Source of the DNA: Takakia lepidozioides
Taxonomy: Eukaryota > Plantae > Bryophyta
Assembly (NCBI GenBank): GCA_030704615.1
Contig: CM060731.1
Coordinates: forward strand, 6,634,001 to 6,698,000
Length of the DNA stretch: 64,000 bases
Direction: 5' to 3'
Shown: piece by piece, positions 13,062 to 24,476 of the stretch
How positions within the stretch are numbered: the first letter of the stretch is position 1
Layout: every line of letters starts with the position of its first letter
Notes under the pieces: generated by a model
What the model was told of the DNA's origin: nothing
Databases searched by the model: none
What the model saw: only the letters and a program-made list of their open reading frames with translations
Made by a program: the position numbers and the translations under genes

Positions 13062-14677
13062 CAGTGTTGGACTAGTATACGGTCTGAGGCCTGGTATCAA
13101 TATTAGTATCAATACTGATATTTGATACCATACCAGCCTAGTCTACGGCTGGGCAATACCCATGCTGATACCAAGATACGCACGTACAAATATTTGGAAG
13201 ATATGCATAGATACCATACCAGTTTGGTATAACATTCAGGTACCGATATTCATACCAATTTCCTGCAAGCCAACCTCCTCTCTTGCCTGGTATAAATCTG
13301 GTATGAATCTGTTGTCGATTAGGTGTTTGCTTCGTTTTTGAAGCTCGAGCTGCGACAACTAAGTACTAATCATAATATGTTTGATGTTTTGCTGGCCATC
13401 ACCCCTTCCTCCTCTTCAATGTTGTGTGGCTCCCGCATTTGTTCTTGATTGAGCCCCATATCTTGTACGTACTGGATCTTGAAGCTTTCATTTCCATGCA
13501 GGTTGAGGTTAGGGTTGTTTTTTTTGGTTGCTTGCTTTCAAGTATTCACGTCTCAAGTTGTTGCGTGTCTTGTTTTTGCAGCCCATGCCGAGGTGTGTTG
13601 CAATCATCTTGGTAGTGAGTAGACATGATAGGGTTCGTTGGAATCAAAATAGAAGTATGGATTTTTGCCTGGCTTTGATTTTGAGGAGCCTGATGGGGAG
13701 AGGGAAGAAATTACAATCACAGGTGTCACCAGTGGTTTTTTGCAACAGGAGGCGGACGTGGTAGAAGAGCCTCAACGGACAGAGGCCTTGAATGACAACA
13801 TTACTGCAGAGCAAGAAGCAATTTGGATGGTACAATATCTGAAGCTTGAAAAGAACCAGAAGTGGGCATCCTCATAATGGGACTGCACCACTTCACGATG
13901 CAGGCACAGCCGTGAACATCCAAGCTACACAAACCATGAGATGCATCATGTGTTATCCGGAGGGAGAAGCATCGAGTAACAACAGTAGAACCAAATCTCG
14001 GAAAGGTATTGTCTCCTACAATCCTTCCCATGGCATCACGAGCATGAAAAAACATATTGCTAATGAACATGGTGAAACTCTAGTGAGGTACAAACAACAG
14101 AAGAAAGCCTTAGATGAGGCTGCAAGTGGCGGCAGAATTGCAAGAAGAGGAAGGCAGTGACACCTATGGCCATTACGGAGTTTTTTGGTAGCCATAACCC
14201 ATACAAAGCCAATGACCCTGGTCAACAACGACTCATAGAGGATCTGGTCTTGTTCATAGCTAAAGGGTACATGCCATTATCTGTTGTGGAAAATCCATGG
14301 TTGAGGCGTCTTATAATGTGACAATGTGACAGAGTTCGATTTCCTACTCATAAGCAACTTGTCTGGGAGCATATCCCAGCCATGTTAGCCAAACTATGGA
14401 GCGTTATATGCTCCCATCCATTGTAAAATGTGCAACGGCCACTACATCATTTAATCTGTGGATTTCCAGAACAGGGTTTGACACATTTGCGCTCGTGATC
14501 AATTTTATCAACGAGGAGTGGGTTCCTTGTCATGTTACAATAGGACTGTTTGAAACTCCTGATACATCTGGAGCAGCCTTGGCAGAGCAAGTGAAGTCTC
14601 TTTTGGCTGAGTATCACCTAACAGATAAAATCATTGTTTATGTAAAGGATGAGGGCACAAATCTGAATACTCTTGCT
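13062..14677 (+). mobile_element. hAT transposon, left part (degenerate BED-finger transposase at ~13850-14677), interrupted by an LTR retrotransposon
   Basis: Left end CAGTGTTGG with subterminal ATACC/GGTAT repeats; BED finger MRCIMC...KKHIANEH; hAT blocks FNLWISRTGFDTFALVINF and VYVKDEGTNL; frameshifts and stops; right half not seen. Confidence 0.8.
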
Positions 14678-15360
14678 TGTCGTGCGCATACATATCGCTA
14701 CACAACTACATCGATGTCCAAAACCACACAACACATGTGCACACCACACACTAGTACACCACTAGTCCAACCACTAGTCCAACCACTAGGCTACAACTAG
14801 TCAGTCACTAGGCTGCCACTATGCTGCCCACTATGGCAGTCACTAGTCCACACAATGATAAAGAAGAAGAATACAAGCACAAGCTCATGCGAGCTCACAA
14901 AGCTGAAGCATAAACTCATGCATATATAACCTCATCACTCAAATACAAGTCAAGCCAAGTGCACCCCACGCCATGGGGAATCCACACTACGGCGCCATAG
15001 CTAGGCGCGGTGAGGCTCAACTCGAGAAAGATGAGCCTCCCGCGCTTGCCGTGAAGATAACCACTCTAGGGCCTAAATCTGCCTTGACCCCTGGATTGAC
15101 ACTTGGGCCGATCCCAAATGTCAATATGTAAAAGCTAGCTATTTCCTAGCTAGTTTCACACTAGTGGTAAGATAACTTGACAGCTGTCGTGCGCATACAT
15201 ATCGCTACACAACTACATCGATGTCCAAAACCACACAACACATGTGCACACCACACGCTAGTATACCACTAGTCCACCACTAGTCCAACCACTAGGCTAC
15301 AACTAGTCAGTCACTAGGCTGCCACTATGTTGCCCACTATGGCAGTCACTAGTCCACACA
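14678..15360 (-). repeat. 3' LTR of the DNMT-carrying Gypsy element, with internal ~176-bp direct repeat (14678-14855, 15185-15362)
   Basis: TG...CA termini; purine-rich PPT-like AGGGGGGCGAT directly upstream on the minus strand; abruptly truncates the hAT ORF. Confidence 0.7.
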
Positions 15361-15620
15361 ATCGCCCCCCTAGCTGGTGCTTAGGTCCCTCTAAGTCCAG
15401 GTAGCCACAAGATGTGATAGTGACCATAGCCTCACTAAGTCCTCCACCACTATGCCTACTACTCTCAAACTCGATAGATCAAGAGGCCGGGTGCAAGAGT
15501 TGCCCCATCATTAGTCAGCGTCTTGCAACCTGTGAACTTGAGCTTGGGATCTCATGTATTGACTCCTATGAGCTTGGCCTCCCATGTCTTGTTAGCTGCC
15601 TCCAGTCGTGTCCACTACCA

Positions 15621-15767
15621 CTATCCCAAGCAGTGTGGACACAACCAATCTCCGTCAGGAACCTTCTCAAGAGGTGGTGTCAAGCATCCCATATGCCAAC
15701 CCCTTGAGCATCGATCACACACCAGCATGGTGGCTGCCCCTTTGGCAGACCCACACAGCATGCACCT
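15621..15767 (-). pseudogene. PHD finger at the C-terminus of Gypsy integrase
   Basis: Manual translation RCMLCGSAKGAATMLVCDRCSRGWHMGCLTPPLEKVPDGDWLCPHCLG* is a canonical C4HC3 PHD; out of frame with the upstream integrase tail, probably after a deletion. Confidence 0.9.
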
Positions 15768-15769
15768 CA

Positions 15770-18690
15770 CGATATCCTCCACCACGTATAGTGGCATACC
15801 TCAACGTATCACGGTGCTGTGCAATGGCAAGGTTCTCAAAAGCCATGGGCATGACTTTCTTGAACAACTCTGCACGCTGATCACATGCACGTACTCACAC
15901 GTCCGGATCGTCAAGGTTAAGGACTTGAGCAGTGTCCCTACGAATGGCTGTAGGCAAATCCGGCTCTCGGCCAAAGAGAAAGAAATATGGTGAGAAGGAG
16001 GCAAGTGATGCTTGTTTGCTGAACCTGTAGCCCATGGCTAACCAAGGAACCTGAAGATCCCAATCTCCTAGGTGTCCCTTCTGCAAGCCATACTTGCGCA
16101 AACCCCTCTTCACCGTCTGAACAACTTTCTCTGCTAAGTCATCGGCCTCAGGATGATCCCGAGAAGTGGTGCGGTGGTCTATCAAGGCTTTATCACACAA
16201 AGCTTGAAACTCCCCCAAGAACTCTCTCCCTTGGTCCGTGAGTACCTCAGCTGGAGCACCAAATCGGCTAAGCACACGATCTAAGAATGCATACGCAGCC
16301 CCCTCACTAGCCTTGTCAGGCAATGGAACCAACTCAATCCACTTGGAGAAGTACTCCACCATCACCAACACATATCTGTGGTGGCGCATAGTCAGTGGCA
16401 ACGGTCCTGCGAAGTCAAGACTCCACCTGTAGCCCAATCCCATGATTGGTAAAGGATGCAACTGTGGTGTAGGGGCGTTGAATGAAGCACGCACCCTGTC
16501 ACACACCATGCACCTAGCCACGAACTGTTGCACCTCTGTATGCATACCACGCCACCAATACTGCCCCTGTAGTAAACTGTGAGTGCGTCGCACTCCAAAA
16601 TGCCCCAACTCCTCATGGGCATGCCGCACTAACCGTGCACGCTGTGTGGGGCGAGGCACAATCCTCACCCGACCATCCTCCCACACTCGAAGTAGGTGTA
16701 TCCCCTCCCACTTGAACCTCTTGGCTCGTTGCAGGATCCGATCCCTCTCCCTGGCAGTCACAGTGGCTGTCGTGTCTCCCGTGCGGAGGTAGTCCAACAC
16801 AGCCGAATCCTCATGTATATCTCTGGCACCACCTGGCTCATCACTAGCCTCAGGGTCCTCAGACACTCCGTCTACAGTCATCCCTGTTGTAGGTCCAACC
16901 TGACCTCCCGATTCCAAGATACACAAAAATACAGATGCGTGCCATCCCGACACCATCTCCTCGTCCGTCTCACCATGCCACCGAGCTCCAGTGTCATCCT
17001 GCTGGCTCATGCATGGATTGCGACTCAATCCATCCGCATCCCGATTGACCAAACCCGGTCGATGCAAAACCTGAAAGTCATACTCGTGGAGTATGAGTGC
17101 CCACCGTGCAAGCTTCCCCGTAAGCTTGTCTGACTCCATCAACCACTTGAGTGGCTGGTGATCTGTGACAAGGGTGAAAAGATTGCCGTATAGATAGCAC
17201 CTGAAGTGTGTCACGGCCCACACTGCAGCTAAGCACTCTCCCTCATATGAGCTGTACTTAGCCTCTGCAACGTTGTTCGAGCGGCTAGCATAAGCCACTA
17301 CGAACTCTCTTCCCTCATCATCCACCTGTGTGAGCACCGCTCCAAGCCCCAGCATGCTCCAATCCGTATGCAGCTGAAAGGGACGCCCCCTGATAGGTCG
17401 TCTCAGGATAGGCGCCGAGGTCAACCTCGCCTTGAGCTCTTGAAAAGCTCATTCCTGCTCATCTTCCCACTGCCACTCCTGGTCCACCTTGGTCAGCTTG
17501 GTTAGAGCCTTTGCAATGGTACTAAATCCCTTGACAAACCGTCTATAATTGTTTGCCAACCCCATGAAAGCTCGAACTCGGCTCACATCCGTGGGGCGTG
17601 AAATTTGTGCAATGGCCTCTACCTTAGTCTGTTGTACCCCCAATCCTCCAGGATATATCATGTGACCCAGATACTCAATCTGGTTGTGGAAAAACTTGCA
17701 CTTCCCCGGATGCAACTTCAATCCGTGCGCTCTCAAGCACTCCAATACCACCTGAAGGTGTCTCTCATGCTCCTCCATCGTAACACTAAAGATGATGATG
17801 TCATCTATGTAGCACCGAGAAAAATCCACCCCTGCTAGAATCCTATCCATGACTCTCTGAAACTCTGCAAGAGCATTCTTAAGCCCAAATGGTAAGAACC
17901 GCCACTGATATAGGCAATCCTTGCCGTGCTCATTGATCCCCCAGAATGCCGTCTTCTGCTTGTCCGCCTCCTTGATTGGCAACTGGTGATATCCGGATCG
18001 TAAATCCAAAGTGCTAAAGGCCTTAGCATGTCCGATGGCATCAAAGATCTCCTCTGATGTTGGCATGGCATACTTATCGGACTTGGTCTGACAATTTATA
18101 GGCCGGTAATCACCGCACATACGTCTCTCCGTCCAATTGCCATAGACATCCTTCTTGGTTGGCATCACTGTGGCTGAAGCATACTCTCCACCAGAGAGCT
18201 CCACCAAACCTGCCTCCCAGAGATCTTGAGTCCTCATCTGAATCAAAGACCTCTCTATGTCACTGTATCTATAGGGTCTCCGAAAGATTGGCGTGTCAGT
18301 GGCCAACTCAATACGGATCTCTTGACCCTTCAGTGCTCCCAAGTACTTCAAACTGAAGGCAAAGCAATTCCTGTAAGCCCTCAGGAACCGCCGTATACGT
18401 CGTCTCTCTCCTCCGGTGACAATGGGTCCAATGTCAGGCTCCCAATTGTCCTCCGTAACTGCAACCGTAAGTCCAGTGGGCTTAGAGGTAGAGGACGCGT
18501 CTAGTGGTTGCTATGTTGCAACCTCTTGAGCAGTACTCCCTGCCTGCTCAGTCAATGACAAGGCCTCATCCTGCCCCATCATCTCATCCTTGAGGACCTC
18601 CTCAACCCGTGAAGAATCCCCAACCTCATCCATCACAGCCACCTTGGCTGCCAACTCCCTCTGAACCTCGAGCACCTCCCACGTGTGCCA
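15770..18690 (-). pseudogene. Ty3/Gypsy pol: RT, RNase H, integrase (few stops/frameshifts)
   Basis: RT: RMCGDYRPIN, LDLRSGYHQ, LPFGLKNA, CYIDDIIIFS; RH: HTDWS..GLGAVL, YSSYEGECLA, TDHQPLKW, DADGLSR; INT: HEELGH..CMVC, LDFAGP, TDQGREF, AEKVVQTVK. Confidence 0.95.
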
Positions 18691-19830
18691 TCACTAGAAG
18701 CATTCGTGTCATTTACCACTGGGGTAACGACTCATTTTGAGTCGTAAAAGTCAAAAAATTGGGATCGACTGGAAGTTACAACAGACTAGTTACAACAGAC
18801 GTGGTAGTTGGGTTGGACATCCAATGATTGGAGTGGTAAAGGACGCAGACGCGCGAACAACTGCTCAGCGATTAATGCGATTAATGTTGAAGAACCACGT
18901 GGCGTAACCAGGCGGGCCGCCCGTGTGTCTGACCTTTTGGGCTGACTTTGACTTTTCCCTCCGGATGAGTAGACTGACTCACCCGGGGCGCGGTGACACA
19001 TGGATGCGGACGTGGATGCGGACGTGGATGCCGATGTGGCGGCGCCGCGACGAGCGGCAATGCTGCCGCATGGCCACGGGCCCAAGACGCCACATCGCAG
19101 TCGGCCACATCACTTGGAGTGCTGCATGTGACGTCGCAACAGCCACTGGCGAAGTCAACTGCACAACTTCCGGTAGACGAATCCACGGGGACCACGTGGA
19201 GAGTGTGTGGGTCGACGCGTAGCGTCGTCCCCACGCAATGGCAGTGATGGGTATGACTACTAGTGGAAAGACGCAGAGTGCTTGTGCCATCTCGGGACTG
19301 CTTTGGCCAACTCCGCTGCCACTGTGCTAGTTGGTTGCACTACAGTAGGAAAGCACGAAAAATGAGCACTTGTAGTGGTTTGTGTGAGTTTCCAACTGAC
19401 CTACATTCTAAGCTGAAAATATGGTTCTGATGCATTCTACTGGTTTTAGTGGTTTACCCATATGCAGGGGGAATTGAGAAGCAATGATACTGGGCGAGAC
19501 TGAGAACACAGACCACGATGCATGCACAACATCACACTAATGAACCAAATAGACGAGGCAACAGGGAGACCAAAGACCATCACACATACACATAGAAGGT
19601 GGACGGACACGACAACAAGTCAGGAAATGTGATATTACATTCAAATTAGAGACCGTCGTGGCACACCTGCATATGAGCAAGACTAAATGCCAACATACAT
19701 GGTTGCCGGACATCACTTAAACTGTCATGGCCCAAATGTTCAAAATTGGTAACGTGAGTATCATACACACTTCTATGAGTATCATACACACCCAACAGGA
19801 ACTACAAGCATGAAATGTCACCTGATACTT

Positions 19831-22800
19831 TCACCTTTCCTCATACTCTTCTCTGGCCACAGAGTCACCGTGCCTTTCACGTGCGCTAGTGTGGTCTGGG
19901 GGGGGGGCATCGTCCACATTTGGGCAAGGCAATGTAACACTTGGAAGCATGATCTCGTGGACTTTCACCTTGTACCACCCGGATCGAATGTCCTTGCAGT
20001 GGAACTTGTCAACCCCGGCTATTCCCACCACTTCCGCCTTGGCGGCGGCTGTCTTTGACCGCATGTCTTTGACCGCTTGTCAGGAGAAACACAGGATCTG
20101 ATATCTGCAGACACCAACATCAGGGTCCACTCAGCAACAAACATAGCAATGACAGGGTGAAAGTCAAGCGCAGCTGGGCATGGAAACGATCTTGGTTGCC
20201 ACAATACTGAATCAGCAGCCAATTCAGGGTGTACCAACGTACCTTGAAGCGAAGCTCGTCGCTGAGGGTGGCAACTGAGGAAAGCTGCCCACGTGTCTTC
20301 AACTGCAGCAACAAAAAGAGGTTTAGTCAGACAAATAAGAATAACATGAACTCTAGTGGTTGCAATGGTATAAACACACCTCCACGGAGCAAGCTAACAA
20401 ACACCCTGCTCAGACCCTAGCACTACAACTTCCTGGCAAAAATAACCCTACTAAAAACCAGCCAGGCAAAGCAAGGAGCCATGAATGCATGCCTGGGGAA
20501 CCACGTCCTGCTGCAATGATGGTGCCGGGGACAGCACACTCCTCTTGCTCACCTGCAATGAATACACATTGCAACGCTTCAGGAAGTGTATCCATAAAGG
20601 AAACCAACCAAGTAAGTTTGCGGAGAGGGGCTGGGAACAACCATACCTTGGGCGCTGCCTCCTCATGCCGGGGGGGGAATCCGGAATGCTACCGCCGTAG
20701 CACTATGGTCGTAGGCGCAGGACCCACCTTCGTCACATTCGACCCCACTGCCACTCCCTGTACATGTGGTCCCTGCAAAACATATAGTGCCAGCCTTGCG
20801 TGAGAGGGCATCCGGGGGGAACAAAACAAACATGGACTTTGGCTTCGATGTCATGTTGCAAACAGTAAGGTTAGTTTCACTTGCATGGGCGCAGAAGTAC
20901 TTCCCCCAACGACCCCATCCTCTCCCACATTCAAGCTGCCAGTCGGGGTCAGCTTCCGCGTGCTTGTGAAGACACGCACATCCTTGGAGCAAAACAAATC
21001 TTGGCAGTAGGGCCAGACTGTTTCTAAAAGGTAGTCTGAATCGGGCCCCTCACTGACATTGCCAGTGACATCAAACGACAATGGATGGACCATGTTCAAA
21101 GGGGAGTTCCCCCTCCCCTTGTGTGGTGAATCATCCACTAGGAGGGTGTTGGATTCGTTAAATCCAGAAAATTCCGACCACACCCTCGACAGTCTCTTCT
21201 ATAAGTTCTGTACGGCAGGCCCTTTTGTGGGGTGTGGCTCTGTCAAGGGGTCACACTCCTCTTGTGACCACACAAAGAGGGGAGAACCCTTGACCCCCTG
21301 CATGACCACTTTGAAGATGTCTGCAACATTCCCCTTGGAAGCACAGGACCATATCCCAACGTAGAAATACCGGAAGAGAAGGTTTAAAAACTCGCAGACA
21401 TGGGGCCTTGGGAAAACATACTTGTTGGTGGTCAACACCCATGGCCAATGACGCCTCGGGTTGGGCTGAAAGTTAGGAATAGAGTGGCACAGGATCCCGT
21501 TCAGGTTTAGAACAATTAGTTTCGACTTTTCTATGAAATGAGCTTTTGAAGGGGTGTCACGGGGTCTCACCTCAGTGGGTTGGGAGACAACAGTCACCCC
21601 GGAGGGCAAAGTTTCGGTCCCCCTGCAGCCTGGACCAGGCAAACTACCACCCTCTCCCCCTACAGCTTCCCCTTTTCCCCCATCATGAGCAATGACCCCC
21701 CCATCGTCCATGTCATCCCCACCAACTTGCTGGACCTCTCCCTCTTCAACGAGTGGACCCTGCCCCCCACTGTGAATATCATCAACAACAGCCCGGACCT
21801 CTGTCACATCCCTACCCACTACAATTATTTCCTCCTTGTCAGGTACAATGGTCGCAGCAAGGGGGTCTTCCATAATGCCACCCGTCACACCCCCTTTTTG
21901 CCCCATCATGAGTTCCACTATCTTCTTCAGTTGTGCTTCCATTCCCCTCTCCCGCTCCGCAGAGAGAGCCGCAAGCCTCTCCAGGGCCCCGATGCGGGCT
22001 GCCATTGAGTTCCCCGCTCCCTACGCATACAAACACCCACCCGTACCGTTAAAAACCAGAAGAAGAGGCCGAATGTGCAGGATTTCAGGCATTCGGAGAT
22101 GGCTAGGTTTGGCATAACACCCCTCGTGTACCTTGCGTGGGGGCCCCACATACCCACCAAATCTTAGTACAACAACAGATTCATGAATGGAAACCAGACT
22201 TCAAAACATACCTGGCTCAAAATAGACTCTGATGGGGTGCCAGTCGCAGCGTTCTTGCACTCCGCCCCGAGTTCGGACAGTGACGGGCTCCGCGCTTTGC
22301 GTCTTTTCTGTATTTGCCCATCTACACACTGTCAGTACAAAATGCCAGGAGCATATGGACAAAGCACTGCCTTGCATATCACATAACAACTAATTATGCA
22401 CAAGCAATAAAACCCACTCGTGGGTGTCTCTTCCATCAGAACATGCCACAACGTAAGAGCAATGAGAAGGGGGTGAGGGAGATTACCAAACAGGCTGCTT
22501 GGCCTGCAACTCCTGCCCGGCCCCAACGCGAGGGGTTTGTGACACAAGCACGCGCTTGCTTCATCCCTTCAGCCTTTGCAAGTCCACGAGGGGACTCCCA
22601 GTAGGCAACAAGCTTATCCCAATAGGCGGGTTCAGTGTTCATTGGCCTCACACCAGTCTTCGCCCATTTATCTTTCAGTTTTGCTCTTTCTCCTTTCATT
22701 ATCTTCCCACATTGCTTCACTATAAAATCACGATTGGCAGGGATAGGTGTGTACTCGTACATTCCATTTATGCCCTCTATTATTGTTGACATGGCACTCT

Positions 22801-23320
22801 GGGACTGCTGGTCAATGTCTTGTACGCTTGAGTCAAGGTAACGCAATGCCAGGCCACGCAAATCACGCTGCCAGTGTTCCTTACCTTCGCAGCCAGCATT
22901 GATGACTCCATTTCCATGCACCTCCACCTTGTGGCACTTTAGCCCTGCAGCCACCCTTCCCTCTCCATCTCCTTCCCATTGTTTCATGGCATGACGTCGT
23001 TCCTTCCTCAGCTCTGATGTCCGTTTCCTGCCCCCATGCTCTGGAGCAGCGCCGTCATACGTTGTGGGGGGTGACTGATGTGTGCCGGAGGGGGGAGGGC
23101 TGTATGGAGATGTGGGAGGCCCCCATTGTGACGTGGCAACATCAGGAAGCCAGCGCCACGACCCCGAAGCAAGGGGGGCTCCCCATGGTGCACTCTGTTG
23201 TGGAGACCATCCAGCAGGGGGTGGGTGCCAAGGTTGGTGTTGGTTGGCATTGTGTGGTGGCTGTGAGTGCTTTGCTGCAGCTTCACTCCCCTTCCGCTGC
23301 CAAAAACATCCCACACACAA
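19831..23320 (-). pseudogene. CACTA accessory (TnpA-like) gene with an embedded FCP1/NIF-like HAD phosphatase domain
   Basis: 23320-22480: Ptta/TnpA-like WDKLVAYWESPRGLAKAEGMKQAR; 21530-21000: KLIVLNLNGILCH..FPRPHVCEFL..YVGIWS..SNTLLVDDSPHKGRGN (FCP1-like); ~20060-19890: GVDKFHCKDIRSGWYKVKVHEIM..LPCP (Tnp1-like C-terminal domain); splice sites join the first two blocks. Confidence 0.65.
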
Positions 23321-23954
23321 GGTGCATCAGATGTAGTCCTACTGAACACAACGTCACCAGAGCACAAACCATCCCACAACCACAACTATGGATTGGCTGA
23401 CCTCAAACCCACTCCCCTGCAGCGCAAGTGCCAAAAACTGAAAAGGAGAGGGATAGAATGTCCTCATAACATGTAAGCCCATTCATTGGTGAAGAAATAG
23501 AATGTGGGCGGGTTCACATCAGTACCACATTAAACTTACCAGGAAACAGAACATCCATCCGGGTTTTGCACATATCCAGTGGACATCTATTCACACAATC
23601 AGCAAATGGCTGTATGGCGGAGCCCAGCAACGGAGCCCCAAAAGGCCTAAAGACTCTCAATGTTGGTAAACACAGGTGCAGACACAATTCAATTGGAGGT
23701 TTGCTATTTCATGAGCATGAGCGGCATGAGCGGCATGAGCGGCATGAGCAGAGTAGTAACACAATCGGTTTTCATGAGCAGAAGTACAAATTTCGAAAAT
23801 AAAAAACAATAAAAAACAATAAAAAAACAATAATTTAATGCAATGTGTCAGAAAAAACAAATATATTATTCGGCCCCTTGAAGGGAAAATTGCACTTTTG
23901 ACAGTTGTGCTCATGATATTTTGTCTTCCGCTCATGCCAATTCCTAGCGACATG

Positions 23955-24325
23955 TGCAAATATGGCGCCGAATTTCGCGGTAATAGGGTCCGTAACCTGA
24001 AAAAACGGCGACGTATTTCGCGGCAATAGGTCTCTCTGGCGAAAAATGGTGCCGAATTCCGCGGCTATAGGTCCCCTCATGACAGGTAATTCGGCGCCAT
24101 TTTTCCAGTGCATGTTCGGACTTAGCCAGTTTTCGGCCCAAAAAAGAGAAATTCGGCGCCATTTTTCCAGACACGGTACCAGTGCATGTTGGGACTTAGC
24201 CAGTTTTTCGGCCCCAAAAAGAGAAATTCGGCGCCATTTTCCCAAACACAGGTACCAGTGCATGTTGGGACTTAGCGAGTTTTCGGCCCCAAAAAGAGAA
24301 ATTCGGCGCCATTTTTCCAGAAATG
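23955..24325. repeat. Array of AATTCGGCGCC motifs (~75-bp unit) downstream of the MULE transposase
   Basis: AAAAAGAGAAATTCGGCGCCATTTT at ~24141, ~24216, ~24291 plus variants at ~23961, ~24046, ~24088. Confidence 0.85.
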
Positions 24326-24476
24326 GCCCCAGAACTGCTTCTGTTGGATCTCAGTTTGAATGGAATATTGCCTCATTCCAGGAGTTTTGGGGTGCATTTC
24401 ATTACACTGCAAAAAAAAAGTCTGATACAGCAAAATGCATTTGAAAATATCCATATGGAGGATTCCGTTTGCCCCA

